Positions 38,179 to 46,680 of a stretch of 61,117 nt of DNA are shown here, piece by piece (positions within the stretch are counted from its first letter, which is position 1; every line of letters begins with the position of its first letter). A model generated the notes under the pieces. It was not told where the DNA came from. It made no database searches and saw nothing but the letters and a program-made list of their open reading frames with translations. The DNA is from an uncultured Candidatus Saccharibacteria bacterium. Lineage in GTDB: Bacteria; Patescibacteriota; Dojkabacteria; J137; JAEUSD01. The translations under genes were made by a program, and so were the position numbers. Location: NCBI GenBank assembly GCA_964446595.1, contig CAYUPY010000001.1, positions 4,450-65,566 of the forward strand, in the 5' to 3' direction.

Positions 38179-38594
38179 AACCCGCATTTACTTTAATCGA
38201 AATTGTTTTAGCTATTGCTGTCCTTGCAATTCTGAGTGCAGCTACCATTAGTGCGGTAAATCCAGCACTGCGGCTTTCACAAGCAAGGAACCTAGAACGT
38301 AGCAGCCATGTTGCGCAAATTTTAGCGGGAGTGAAAGGCTACGCATCGGAACAGGGTCAACAACTTTCAGATCTCGGCTCTATACCTACATGCCCGTCTA
38401 CAGCAACTATTGGAACAGCTGGTATTAATCTAGGGGCTACATTAGTAGATGAGTACATTACCCAAATGCCAACAGATCCCACAACTGGCAACTTGGCAAA
38501 TACAGGGTATACAATATGTCGAACAGCCTCAGGAAGAGTAGAAGTAAGTGCACCCAATGCAGAGTTAGGCGAAAATATATCTCTACGCTCATAG
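38163..38594 (+). CDS. type IV pilin (143 aa), candidate major subunit
   Basis: MGKNLKPA/FTLIEIVLAIAVLAILSAATISAV. Small size, last gene of the cluster. Confidence 0.75.
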   Translation: MGKNLKPAFTLIEIVLAIAVLAILSAATISAVNPALRLSQARNLERSSHVAQILAGVKGYASEQGQQLSDLGSIPTCPSTATIGTAGINLGATLVDEYITQMPTDPTTGNLANTGYTICRTASGRVEVSAPNAELGENISLRS

Positions 38595-38652
38595 CCCGAC
38601 TAGTAGTATCCAATCTGGTAGCATAATTAAATATAATTCTGTATTATTAAAC

Positions 38653-38781
38653 ATGGACTTATTCATTTTCTTATCTCATTTTCTGTTTATTGGTGGTACC
38701 TTCTTTGGAGGGGTAGTTGTGGGTGTTACTTATAAAGACAAGCTAGTAAAAACGGTCAAATTCCTGTTCAAGCAAAAATGA
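38653..38781 (+). CDS. possible 42-aa hydrophobic peptide with a Lys-rich tail (below the ORF-track cutoff)
   Basis: MDLFIFLSHFLFIGGTFFGGVVVGVTYKDKLVKTVKFLFKQK. Its stop overlaps the next small ORF in an ATGA arrangement. Confidence 0.25.
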   Translation: MDLFIFLSHFLFIGGTFFGGVVVGVTYKDKLVKTVKFLFKQK

Positions 38782-38882
38782 GTGCTTCAGAGACATCTCA
38801 TGGATTTGACGACACTCAGTTACTCAACCAGCTTTTAGCCCTGGAGTTATCTGACATACAAGTCGTTGAGTACCACCTATAA
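38778..38882 (+). CDS. possible 34-aa acidic peptide
   Basis: MSASETSHGFDDTQLLNQLLALELSDIQVVEYHL, coupled by ATGA overlap to the preceding small ORF. Confidence 0.2.
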   Translation: MSASETSHGFDDTQLLNQLLALELSDIQVVEYHL

Positions 38883-39017
38883 AAAAAGTAGACATTTCTT
38901 GATAGCACTTAATAAGTGGCTAGATTCGTTTGAAAGCGAAGAATCGTAATTTTATATTTTCCCTACTTTGTGCTAAAGTCCATCACGTAATTACATTTGA
39001 TATATTATATGTAAATA

Positions 39018-39290
39018 ATGGCTAAAAAGAAGACTAAACTAGTGTACGGCAATATAGATGCCACAGCCGACTTTGCACTATACTTTGAGCATGTAAAGTT
39101 AGCCGACCTCACTCGCGTAGATCGATCTTTGTATCAGGAGGCCTTGGACCGTGTTGGTACAATATTGCTTAAAGATCTGGAAGCACGTGAAGATTATGAT
39201 CGCCAGCAAGGTGATGCTAACTTTGGGATTCGCAAAACTTTAGAGTTCTTGCGTAATGCAACTAGTGTTAAAGATTTAGCTGCAGCATAA
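39018..39290 (+). CDS. hypothetical protein (90 aa)
   Basis: ORF followed by a strong hairpin. No motif recognised. Confidence 0.5.
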   Translation: MAKKKTKLVYGNIDATADFALYFEHVKLADLTRVDRSLYQEALDRVGTILLKDLEAREDYDRQQGDANFGIRKTLEFLRNATSVKDLAAA

Positions 39291-39312
39291 GCTGGACCAG
39301 AAGAAGGTAAAT

Positions 39313-39350
39313 TGAACGCGCGGCCAGCTTCGCTGGCCGCGCGGCGTTCA
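39313..39350. terminator. GC-rich hairpin between convergent genes
   Basis: GCGCGGCCAGC-TTC-GCTGGCCGCGC (11-bp stem) extended by GAAC/GTTC. No U-tract. Confidence 0.55.
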
Positions 39351-39363
39351 ACCAATCAAGTAT

Positions 39364-41028
39364 TTAGGCACTTGCAAATAGATCTCGTCCATCCATCACC
39401 TGAGGCTGAGGCAACCCCATAATCTTTAGTACTGTTGGAGCCAGGTCACACAAGGTCCCCATCATCACCTCCGGTGGCATTTTACGGTTCTCCGTCACAT
39501 ATATCAGTGGCACCATATTTAACGAGTGCTCAGTATCCACCTCACCTGTTTCTAGGTTGATCATTTCCTCGATATTTCCATGATCAGCAGTAATAATAAT
39601 CTCTCCGCCTTTTTCTAATACTTTCGGTACAATCTTTCCTAAACATTCGTCTGCTACCTCTACCGCCCGAATCCCAGCAGATAATACTCCCGTATGGCCA
39701 ACCATATCAGTTAGCGCAAAATTAACAAAAATAAAGTCATACTTATCTGATTCAATTTCTTCAATAAGCCTTTCAGTGACCTCATACGTGCTCATTTCAG
39801 GTTTCTCATCATAAGTTTTCACCTCTCTGGGAGAAGGGATTTCTACGCGATCCTCCCCTGGGAAGGCTTCATTCCGGCGGTTATTGAAAAAGTAAGTGGC
39901 ATGAGGGTACTTTTCAGATTCAGTGATACGCAGCTGCTTCAAACCTGCGTTGGAAATAATTTCTCCAAGTGTCTCCTGCGGGTGCAGTGGTGGAAATATC
40001 TGTAAATCAGGGAATTGATGGTTAGCGCTGTTCTCTTTATCATCATCAATCAAATCATCTACTAAATCAGATTCATTTTCAGGTTTTTCCTCAGTCTGTG
40101 CTCGTTGCATGGGAATTCCTTTTTGATAGTTAGAGAACCCGGCATAAAGGACATTTTCCCGCTTCAAGCGATCAAAGTCACTAAATTCCTTAAACTCAAA
40201 AGCCATAGTAATCTGCATTGCTCTATCCGCACGATAGTTAAAACAGACCACAGCGTCATTATCTTGCACAACCGCTACAGGCTCTTCATTGTCACCAACG
40301 ATTACACATGGCATTACAAACTCATCAGTTTCTCCTTGCGCATATGCATCTTCTACCGCGTCACGATAATTCTTAAACCTACGTCCTTCGCCTTTCACCA
40401 TCATGTCGTAGGCTAGAGCGGTACGCTCCCAACGCGAATCGCGATCCATGCCATAAAACCGACCTGTCAAACTCGCGATTTGTCCCACCCCAATTTCGTT
40501 CATCTTATTTTGCAAAGAATCTAAGTACCCAATCGCTGACTTGGGTGATGTATCACGACCATCCAAAAGTGCATGTACAAACACTCTGTCTGCTGCAAAC
40601 CCTTGGCGCTTCGCAAACTCCAAACAAGCATACAAATGTTCCTGCGAAGAATGCACCCGACCATCACTTACTAATCCTATAAAATGCAGACTTGAATTAT
40701 GCTCTTTGACGTGATTTGCCACCACAACTAGATTGTCATTATCATAAAAACTGCCATCACGAATTGAATCATTAATTCTAGAAATTTCCTGCTTTAAAAG
40801 ACGACCAGCTCCAATAGTCATATGTCCTACTTCACTATTCCCCATCACGCCATCAGGAAGTCCCACATAATGTTCAGAAGCCTGCAACAAAGTATGACAA
40901 TATTTTGGCCAATACTTATCTAAATTAGGAGTATTGGCCAGGGTCACCGCATTACCTTCGTTTGGTACATCAACTCCAAGTCCATCTAAAATCAACAACA
41001 CAACTGGTTTAGGTCGAGATTCGCTCAT
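39364..41028 (-). CDS. gpmI: 2,3-bisphosphoglycerate-independent phosphoglycerate mutase
   Basis: LLILDGLG, GNSEVGHMTIGAGR, GLVSDGRVHSS, and TADHGN. Carries an acidic insertion (EEKPENESDLVDDLIDDDKENS). Confidence 0.95.
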   Translation of the reverse strand: MSESRPKPVVLLILDGLGVDVPNEGNAVTLANTPNLDKYWPKYCHTLLQASEHYVGLPDGVMGNSEVGHMTIGAGRLLKQEISRINDSIRDGSFYDNDNLVVVANHVKEHNSSLHFIGLVSDGRVHSSQEHLYACLEFAKRQGFAADRVFVHALLDGRDTSPKSAIGYLDSLQNKMNEIGVGQIASLTGRFYGMDRDSRWERTALAYDMMVKGEGRRFKNYRDAVEDAYAQGETDEFVMPCVIVGDNEEPVAVVQDNDAVVCFNYRADRAMQITMAFEFKEFSDFDRLKRENVLYAGFSNYQKGIPMQRAQTEEKPENESDLVDDLIDDDKENSANHQFPDLQIFPPLHPQETLGEIISNAGLKQLRITESEKYPHATYFFNNRRNEAFPGEDRVEIPSPREVKTYDEKPEMSTYEVTERLIEEIESDKYDFIFVNFALTDMVGHTGVLSAGIRAVEVADECLGKIVPKVLEKGGEIIITADHGNIEEMINLETGEVDTEHSLNMVPLIYVTENRKMPPEVMMGTLCDLAPTVLKIMGLPQPQVMDGRDLFASA

Positions 41029-41142
41029 ATTTGAAAATTTAGAAGTATATTCAAGTCAGTATAAGCTTGTTATTGGTTAGGTGCAAACATCATTGCCCCA
41101 AATATAGCAGTTGTTGCAATAGCAATTACTGGCCACGTAACT

Positions 41143-41535
41143 CTACTGCTTTGTATTTAATACTTTTTTTACATCCGCCTTGCGGTAATTTGGCCCTTTT
41201 AAGGCTTTACCGTCTTCTCGTCGAATCGGCTTGCCGTCTTCGCCTAACTTACTCATGTTGCTTGCATGCACCTCATCAAATACAGCTTCCAACTTATCCT
41301 GCAGACCATAAGCCACAGCTGTTCCAAAAGTTACGTACAGCAAATCTGCTAACTCCTTGGCTATATTCTCAATAGGCTCGCTACGCATTGCCTCCATAAG
41401 CTCCTTTAGCTCTTCTCGCATTAGATTCTCACGTAACTGGAGCTCCCGATCTGGAATTCCTGACAGCAATTCATTGCTATAAAATGACTCGTAGGCTTTA
41501 TGAAACTCTAATAGTTGTGTTAATTGCTTCTTCAT
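41143..41535 (-). CDS. MazG-like nucleotide pyrophosphohydrolase family protein
   Basis: EExxE-type helix (LMREELKELMEAM) and ELADLLYVTFGTAVAYG. Confidence 0.7.
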   Translation of the reverse strand: MKKQLTQLLEFHKAYESFYSNELLSGIPDRELQLRENLMREELKELMEAMRSEPIENIAKELADLLYVTFGTAVAYGLQDKLEAVFDEVHASNMSKLGEDGKPIRREDGKALKGPNYRKADVKKVLNTKQ

Positions 41536-41598
41536 AATGTTAGTGTAACATGCAAGAATGCATCATGCGTACTGTCAGATTTTAAGTATAATGAATTC

Positions 41599-41845
41599 AT
41601 GATTAACTGGCATTACCCTTTCACAGTAGCACCGGCCGAAACAATTGCTAGCACTGGAGTAAATTCCACTAATGAAGGTGACAGCATTACATTTAACGCC
41701 GCTGCAACGGACTCCTAAAACAGCATCATCTACCGGAGTAGAACTGCTTAGCGTGTTGAGTTATGACTTTACAGATGCCCTAAGTTATGGTTTAGTGAAT
41801 GCAGGAAATATCAAACCAACGGGCAGTGCCCGGGAAAGTAGCTAA
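41599..41845 (+). pseudogene. possible decayed gene fragment (two protein-like frames joined by a stop plus a +1 shift)
   Basis: Frame 1 reads ..NEGDSITFNAAATDS and stops at 41716. Frame 2 (41720-41845) reads TASSTGVELLSVLSYDFTDALSYG... Confidence 0.2.
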
Positions 41846-41882
41846 ATGGTAGCTAAATTTACTAACTAAGAGCTTTACGAAT

Positions 41883-42704
41883 ATGAACTCAAAAATTATT
41901 CCCATCGTGATAGTAACTTGGAACAACGAGGAAGATATTGGCGAATGCTTGGAAAGCATTCGCCGTCAAACGCACCAAGACCATCCGGTGATAGTAGTAG
42001 ATAATGCCTCTAGCGACAGAACTCTAGAAATTTTACGTGGTGACTTTCCAGAGGTGACAGTATTGCCTCAAACAGAAAACCGCTTTTTATCGCCGAGTAA
42101 TAATCTCGGCATTCGGTATGCCATTAGCGAATACAACCCCGAATACTTATTAGTACTAAACCCAGATGCCAAACTAGACAATTTACTTCTAGAGGTATTA
42201 GCTTCAGTTCTAGAAGTAAATTCACGGGTAGCAGCTGTGGGTCCTAAAGTGAAGTTCTGGAAATCAGCCAAACAGGGCAAACTCAATTCAGCTGGTTTAA
42301 TTTTTGATGGCTTTATGCAGGCTTATGATCGGGGGTTTATGGAAGCGGATATGGGTCAATTTGATCAGCAAGAAGAGGTATTTGGGGTAACAGGCGCCTG
42401 TATTATGTTTCGTACTCAAGCACTAGAACAGGTTGGCTTTTACTGGGAGGAAATTAAAATGCATTTAGATGAGGTGGAATTATTCATTCGCTTAAACAAG
42501 AAGGGATGGAAAACCATTTATGAGCCCAAGGTTACAGTTTGGCATGCATACATGCGCTCTTCGAATAAGCAACCGTCAGATTTTGTGGATAAGCGTAAAT
42601 TGCATGCATGGCTGAAAATAGCTCTCCGGCATTATCCTCTAAAAAGCAAGCTGGCGATGGTGAAACAGTATTTAAAGTTGAAATACAAACATAATGCAAA
42701 CTGA
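41883..42704 (+). CDS. family 2 glycosyltransferase
   Basis: IVIVTWNNEEDIGECLESI, VVDNASSD, LNPDA (DxD-like), and FRTQALEQVGFY. Confidence 0.85.
   Translation: MNSKIIPIVIVTWNNEEDIGECLESIRRQTHQDHPVIVVDNASSDRTLEILRGDFPEVTVLPQTENRFLSPSNNLGIRYAISEYNPEYLLVLNPDAKLDNLLLEVLASVLEVNSRVAAVGPKVKFWKSAKQGKLNSAGLIFDGFMQAYDRGFMEADMGQFDQQEEVFGVTGACIMFRTQALEQVGFYWEEIKMHLDEVELFIRLNKKGWKTIYEPKVTVWHAYMRSSNKQPSDFVDKRKLHAWLKIALRHYPLKSKLAMVKQYLKLKYKHNAN
42180..42224. repeat. 14-bp perfect inverted repeat inside the GT2 gene, sharing 19 nt with the eno-upstream palindrome region
   Basis: AATTTACTTCTAGA (42180-42193) and TCTAGAAGTAAATT (42209-42222). AGTTCTAGAAGTAAATTCA at 42206-42224 is identical to 24958-24976. 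Confidence 0.6.
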
Positions 42705-42981
42705 TACCTTTTACAACCAGTGCCCAAATGAATAGTAGCAAGTACAAAGAAATAAACATGATTGCCGTGGCGACGGTGCCACAATTTTATTTCCCTCTGA
42801 ATATTATGACGGCGTCGCCGCTGCGTTACAGGGTGTCCCACAATTGGCTGAGACTGTGTTTCAGCTTGAACTTAGGGTCGGTACCATCCCAGTGAAGGAC
42901 ATTTACGCTGCTGGAAAGCAAATCAGGCTACCCTTGTGGGCAGAGGAGTGAGTTATGCCGAATCATTACTTAGCAACCTGA

Positions 42982-43167
42982 ATGATCTTGAATAATCTGG
43001 TAAGTAGGAGACATTTGCTCTATGGTTCACATGTATCACAAGCGGTTAACATAACATGTACCGTATTTGAACGCGAAGATAACCATATTCATTTTATTGA
43101 TGGTAATGACGGAGGATATGTCAAGGCTGCAAAGGAACTTAAACTTCAGCTCAGCGCATCTCAATAA
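42982..43167 (+). CDS. hypothetical small protein (61 aa)
   Basis: ORF only. No motif recognised. Confidence 0.3.
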   Translation: MILNNLVSRRHLLYGSHVSQAVNITCTVFEREDNHIHFIDGNDGGYVKAAKELKLQLSASQ

Positions 43168-43195
43168 ATTGGGACTAGGTGTTTTGTGAATTTTA

Positions 43196-43204
43196 TGCTA
43201 TAAT
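43196..43204 (+). promoter_or_regulatory. extended -10 promoter TGCTATAAT upstream of the helicase gene
   Basis: Same 9-mer as upstream of uvrB. Lies about 100 nt before the ATG at 43306. Confidence 0.4.
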
Positions 43205-43305
43205 ATGTATAGTATAGTTGTACTGCGTAAAAGTTAGGTTTTCCCCAAGAATGCTTTCAGGTTTTATTCGGTACAAGAATTAATTTAAGTATCGAAATAA
43301 AATCT

Positions 43306-44772
43306 ATGCCACAGCAATATAGGCCTATGTTTGGCCCTAAGACAAATGCGGGTAAATCTGGTTCCCGCCCAAATAACAATAACCGGAAATTTAGTAATAG
43401 CAACAGAAGTTCTAACCAAGACAGAAGAGCTAGTTCTGGACGTGGATCAAATCAGAGCCGCAGATCCGGTAATGACCAACAAAGCTCTCAAAGTTCTGAG
43501 AATCGCGACAGTAACCACATCGGTTTTTCCAACAGGAACGACCGTGGTGGTAGACGTGATAGCAGAGGTGGTTACGGCAACCGCGGCCGCCGCTCAGGTG
43601 GATTTAGCGGAGGCGGAGGCGGCAGAAGAGGTGGACGCGGCCAGAAAAATAATAATACACCAGCTAGTCACTACATTGCTGAAGGCTCACCAGTAGAAAA
43701 AAAAGAAGACAAAAAACTGGATACCTTCAGATTTGAAGAGTTAGAACTGAAATCAGGGCTGCTTAAGAATATTCAAAATAAAGGCTACCAACAGGCCACC
43801 GAAATACAAGATGCTGCTATTCCAATTATTTTGGATGGCCATGATTTGCTTGGTATTTCAGCTACAGGTAGTGGAAAAACCGCCGCCTTCTTAATCCCAA
43901 TGGTGCACAAGCTAACTACACAGAAAACGCAACGCCTGATGGTGATTGCCCCTACTCGTGAATTAGCTATGCAGATCCATACTGAACTAATCTCATTAAT
44001 AAAAGGGTCGCCACTGCGCGCCGCTTTAATTATTGGAGGCGCGAGTATCGGTCGTCAGATCCGCGACCTTTCAGGTCGCGTAGACATCATCATTGGTACT
44101 CCTGGTCGCATTAAAGACATGTATGATCGTAAACATTTACACCTAGATCTGATTAACAACATTGTATTAGATGAGGTTGATCGTATGTTGGACATGGGAT
44201 TCGTGGATGAAATCCGTGACATCTTCAAACAAATTGCTGATGTCCGTCAATCACTATTCTTTTCTGCCACAATTGAGCATCGTATTACTCAAATTGTAGG
44301 AGAACTAGTTGACTCGCACAAAACTATTGAATTCGGTGTAAACGAACCAGGCAAGCATGTAACACAGGCCGTAATCGGCTTCCATGATACTTCAGAGAAA
44401 ATGCATAAGTTAAAAGAACTACTAAAGCAACCTGAAGTTGAAAAATCTATTGTCTTTGTAGAAACAAAAAGCTATGTGGATAAAGTGGCGGATGAATTGT
44501 CTAGAGCTGGTTACAATGTAGAAGCCATTCATGGTGGTAAAACACAAGGACGTCGTACCAAGGCAATTAAGCTTTATCGTGATAATAAAGTGAACATCTT
44601 AGTGGCTACCAATGTAGCAGCACGTGGTTTGGATGTTAGTGATATCACTCACGTGATTAACTTTGACGAGCCCCAAAACTACGATGAATATATTCACCGT
44701 ATCGGCCGAACCGGACGTAATGGAAGAACAGGCTTTGCGTATACCTTTATTGAGGCGCACCGCATTAGATAA
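43306..44772 (+). CDS. DEAD-box (DEVD variant) ATP-dependent RNA helicase with an N-terminal Arg/Gly/Ser/Asn-rich extension of about 130 aa
   Basis: Q motif (GYQQATEIQ), ATGSGKTAAF, PTRELA, DEVD, SAT, and HRIGRTGR. Confidence 0.92.
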   Translation: MPQQYRPMFGPKTNAGKSGSRPNNNNRKFSNSNRSSNQDRRASSGRGSNQSRRSGNDQQSSQSSENRDSNHIGFSNRNDRGGRRDSRGGYGNRGRRSGGFSGGGGGRRGGRGQKNNNTPASHYIAEGSPVEKKEDKKLDTFRFEELELKSGLLKNIQNKGYQQATEIQDAAIPIILDGHDLLGISATGSGKTAAFLIPMVHKLTTQKTQRLMVIAPTRELAMQIHTELISLIKGSPLRAALIIGGASIGRQIRDLSGRVDIIIGTPGRIKDMYDRKHLHLDLINNIVLDEVDRMLDMGFVDEIRDIFKQIADVRQSLFFSATIEHRITQIVGELVDSHKTIEFGVNEPGKHVTQAVIGFHDTSEKMHKLKELLKQPEVEKSIVFVETKSYVDKVADELSRAGYNVEAIHGGKTQGRRTKAIKLYRDNKVNILVATNVAARGLDVSDITHVINFDEPQNYDEYIHRIGRTGRNGRTGFAYTFIEAHRIR

Positions 44773-44793
44773 CTTTGCTAAGTAAATAGGACT

Positions 44794-46680
44794 ATGACAT
44801 TCGCTGATACACCTCAAGACCGGATTCGCAATGTGGCTATTATTGCTCACGTTGATCATGGTAAAACCACCTTAGTTGATGCTTTTCTAAAGCAGACCAA
44901 TCTGTTTCGTGAGAACCAGATGGAAATGCAGCAAGAAGCAATCTTAGACTTTAACGAACTAGAGCGCCAAAAAGGCATTACTATTAAGGCGAAACACGCT
45001 TCAGTTATGTACAAAGAACATAAGATTAACATTGTGGATACACCAGGACACGCTGATTTCGGGGGAGAGGTGGAGCGAACGCTAAACATGGCTGATGGGT
45101 GTTTACTAATTGTAGATGCTCAAGAAGGCCCTATGCCGCAAACAAAGTTTGTACTTAAACAGGCTCTTAAAACAGGCTTAAAGCCAATCCTGGTTATCAA
45201 TAAGATTGATAAAGAGTATGCCAATCCGGCTAAGGCTTTAGATAAAGTGAATGATTTGTTCTTAGAGTTAGCTGAAAGCGACGATCAGTTAGATTTTCCA
45301 GTTTTCTATGCAGTAGGACGTGACGGTAAAGCTTTTAGTGAAATGCCAACCGGAGATATTGCCACCACAGAGGGTGATATTAGTCCTTTGCTTGACGCTA
45401 TCATCGACAACGTCCCAGCACCTAAAGGCGACCCTGCTGCATCAGTGCAGATGCTAATCACCACTTTGGACTTTGATCCTCATTTGGGACGGTTGTTAGT
45501 TGGTAGAATTAATCGTGGACAAGTTTCACTAAAACAAAATTTATTAGTGCTCGATGGTGAAAAGCAGCTAAGAGGACAGGTGAAAGCTCTTTTTGTTCGT
45601 CAGGGACTAGGCTATTTATCGGTAGATTCCGCCAGTGCAGGGGAGATTGTAGCCGTAGGTGGAATTGATTCTAATGCAATTGGTGGGACGCTTGTAGATC
45701 CCGCCCAACCAGATGCCCTACCTAAAATTGAACTATCTCCACCTGCTGTGCAGGCTAAGTTTGAAGCAAACACTTCTCCATTTATGGGAAAGGAAGGCAA
45801 GTTTGTAAGTGCTAAACAACTGCAGCAGCGCCTAGAACAGGAGCAACAAATAAATATAGGATTAGACATTACAAAAGCCGAGTCTGGCAGTGGGTACGTG
45901 GTAGCAGGACGCGGCGAACTACAATTAGGCATTTTTATAGAAGAGCTTCGCCGCGAAGGATATGAATTCCAAGTGCGTCGTCCCGAAGTTATTCTCCGCG
46001 AAGAAAATGGCCAAACAGTAGAACCATTGGAAGAGCTAGTGATTGACGCACCTTTAGAGTATCAGGGAGCAATTATTACAGCACTGAGCGATCGCAAGGG
46101 TGAACTTTTAGAGATGGGTACTGACGATCGCAATATTCATATGGTCTACAAAATCATTACTCGTAACCTAATCGGTTTACGCGCTGACCTCACCAACATC
46201 ACTAAAGGAACCGTAATTATGGGTAATCATATTATTGATTATGTCCCCTTCAAAAAGGATGCTGCAGATCTATACCGTAAGGGTGTATTAATAGCCTCAG
46301 AAACTGGAACTTCTGCCGCTTACTCGCTAAACACCATTCAGGAGCGTGGAGAATTATTTATTGGTGCAAGTGTAGATGTTTATGAGGGCATGATTGTGGG
46401 TATTAACAAATATGATCAAGACATGGAAGTAAATGTAAGTAAGGAACGCGAAAAGTCAGGTGTGCGTCGTAGTTCTGCCGAAATTACCCAGGTAGCATTA
46501 AAACCTACTAAAGATCTGACCATCGAGTTCGCACTCACTTTCATTAATGATGATGAAATGATTGAAATAACTCCTGAAAGTATCCGTTTGCGCAAGGTTT
46601 ATCTTAAAAGACATGAGCGCGAGTGGTCTAAACGTGAAAACCTGACTGACTACGCCAAAGCGCAGCTAGGCAAAGGATAA
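44794..46680 (+). CDS. typA: translational GTPase TypA/BipA
   Basis: AHVDHGKTTL, DTPGHADFGGEVER, NKID, and EF-G-like domains. Length 628 aa. Confidence 0.95.
   Translation: MTFADTPQDRIRNVAIIAHVDHGKTTLVDAFLKQTNLFRENQMEMQQEAILDFNELERQKGITIKAKHASVMYKEHKINIVDTPGHADFGGEVERTLNMADGCLLIVDAQEGPMPQTKFVLKQALKTGLKPILVINKIDKEYANPAKALDKVNDLFLELAESDDQLDFPVFYAVGRDGKAFSEMPTGDIATTEGDISPLLDAIIDNVPAPKGDPAASVQMLITTLDFDPHLGRLLVGRINRGQVSLKQNLLVLDGEKQLRGQVKALFVRQGLGYLSVDSASAGEIVAVGGIDSNAIGGTLVDPAQPDALPKIELSPPAVQAKFEANTSPFMGKEGKFVSAKQLQQRLEQEQQINIGLDITKAESGSGYVVAGRGELQLGIFIEELRREGYEFQVRRPEVILREENGQTVEPLEELVIDAPLEYQGAIITALSDRKGELLEMGTDDRNIHMVYKIITRNLIGLRADLTNITKGTVIMGNHIIDYVPFKKDAADLYRKGVLIASETGTSAAYSLNTIQERGELFIGASVDVYEGMIVGINKYDQDMEVNVSKEREKSGVRRSSAEITQVALKPTKDLTIEFALTFINDDEMIEITPESIRLRKVYLKRHEREWSKRENLTDYAKAQLGKG

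Noticed and set aside
41067-41375. 102-aa plus-strand ORF opposite the MazG-like gene
   Set aside because: Cys/Leu/Arg-rich nonsense-like sequence that is antisense to a gene with clear family motifs.
42830-42900. TPP-riboswitch-like string (GGGUGUCCC...GGCUGAGA...UUGAAC...)
   Set aside because: The CUGAGA is simply the 5' arm of a self-contained 8-bp hairpin (42847-42865). The conserved ACCUGAUCUGGAUAAUGCCAGCG-type pyrophosphate-sensor helix and the P2 3' strand are absent. No thiamine-related gene lies downstream.
42905-42930. SRP-RNA-like GGAA tetraloop hairpin (GCU-GGAA-AGC)
   Set aside because: The flanking conserved symmetric-loop nucleotides of SRP domain IV (..CAGG.. and ..AGCAG..) are missing. 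A GNRA loop alone is not diagnostic.
43331-43696. 121-aa ORF overlapping the 5' part of the helicase gene in another frame
   Set aside because: It is a frame-shadow of the repetitive GC-richer RGG-coding region. The helicase frame continues into unmistakable DEAD-box motifs.
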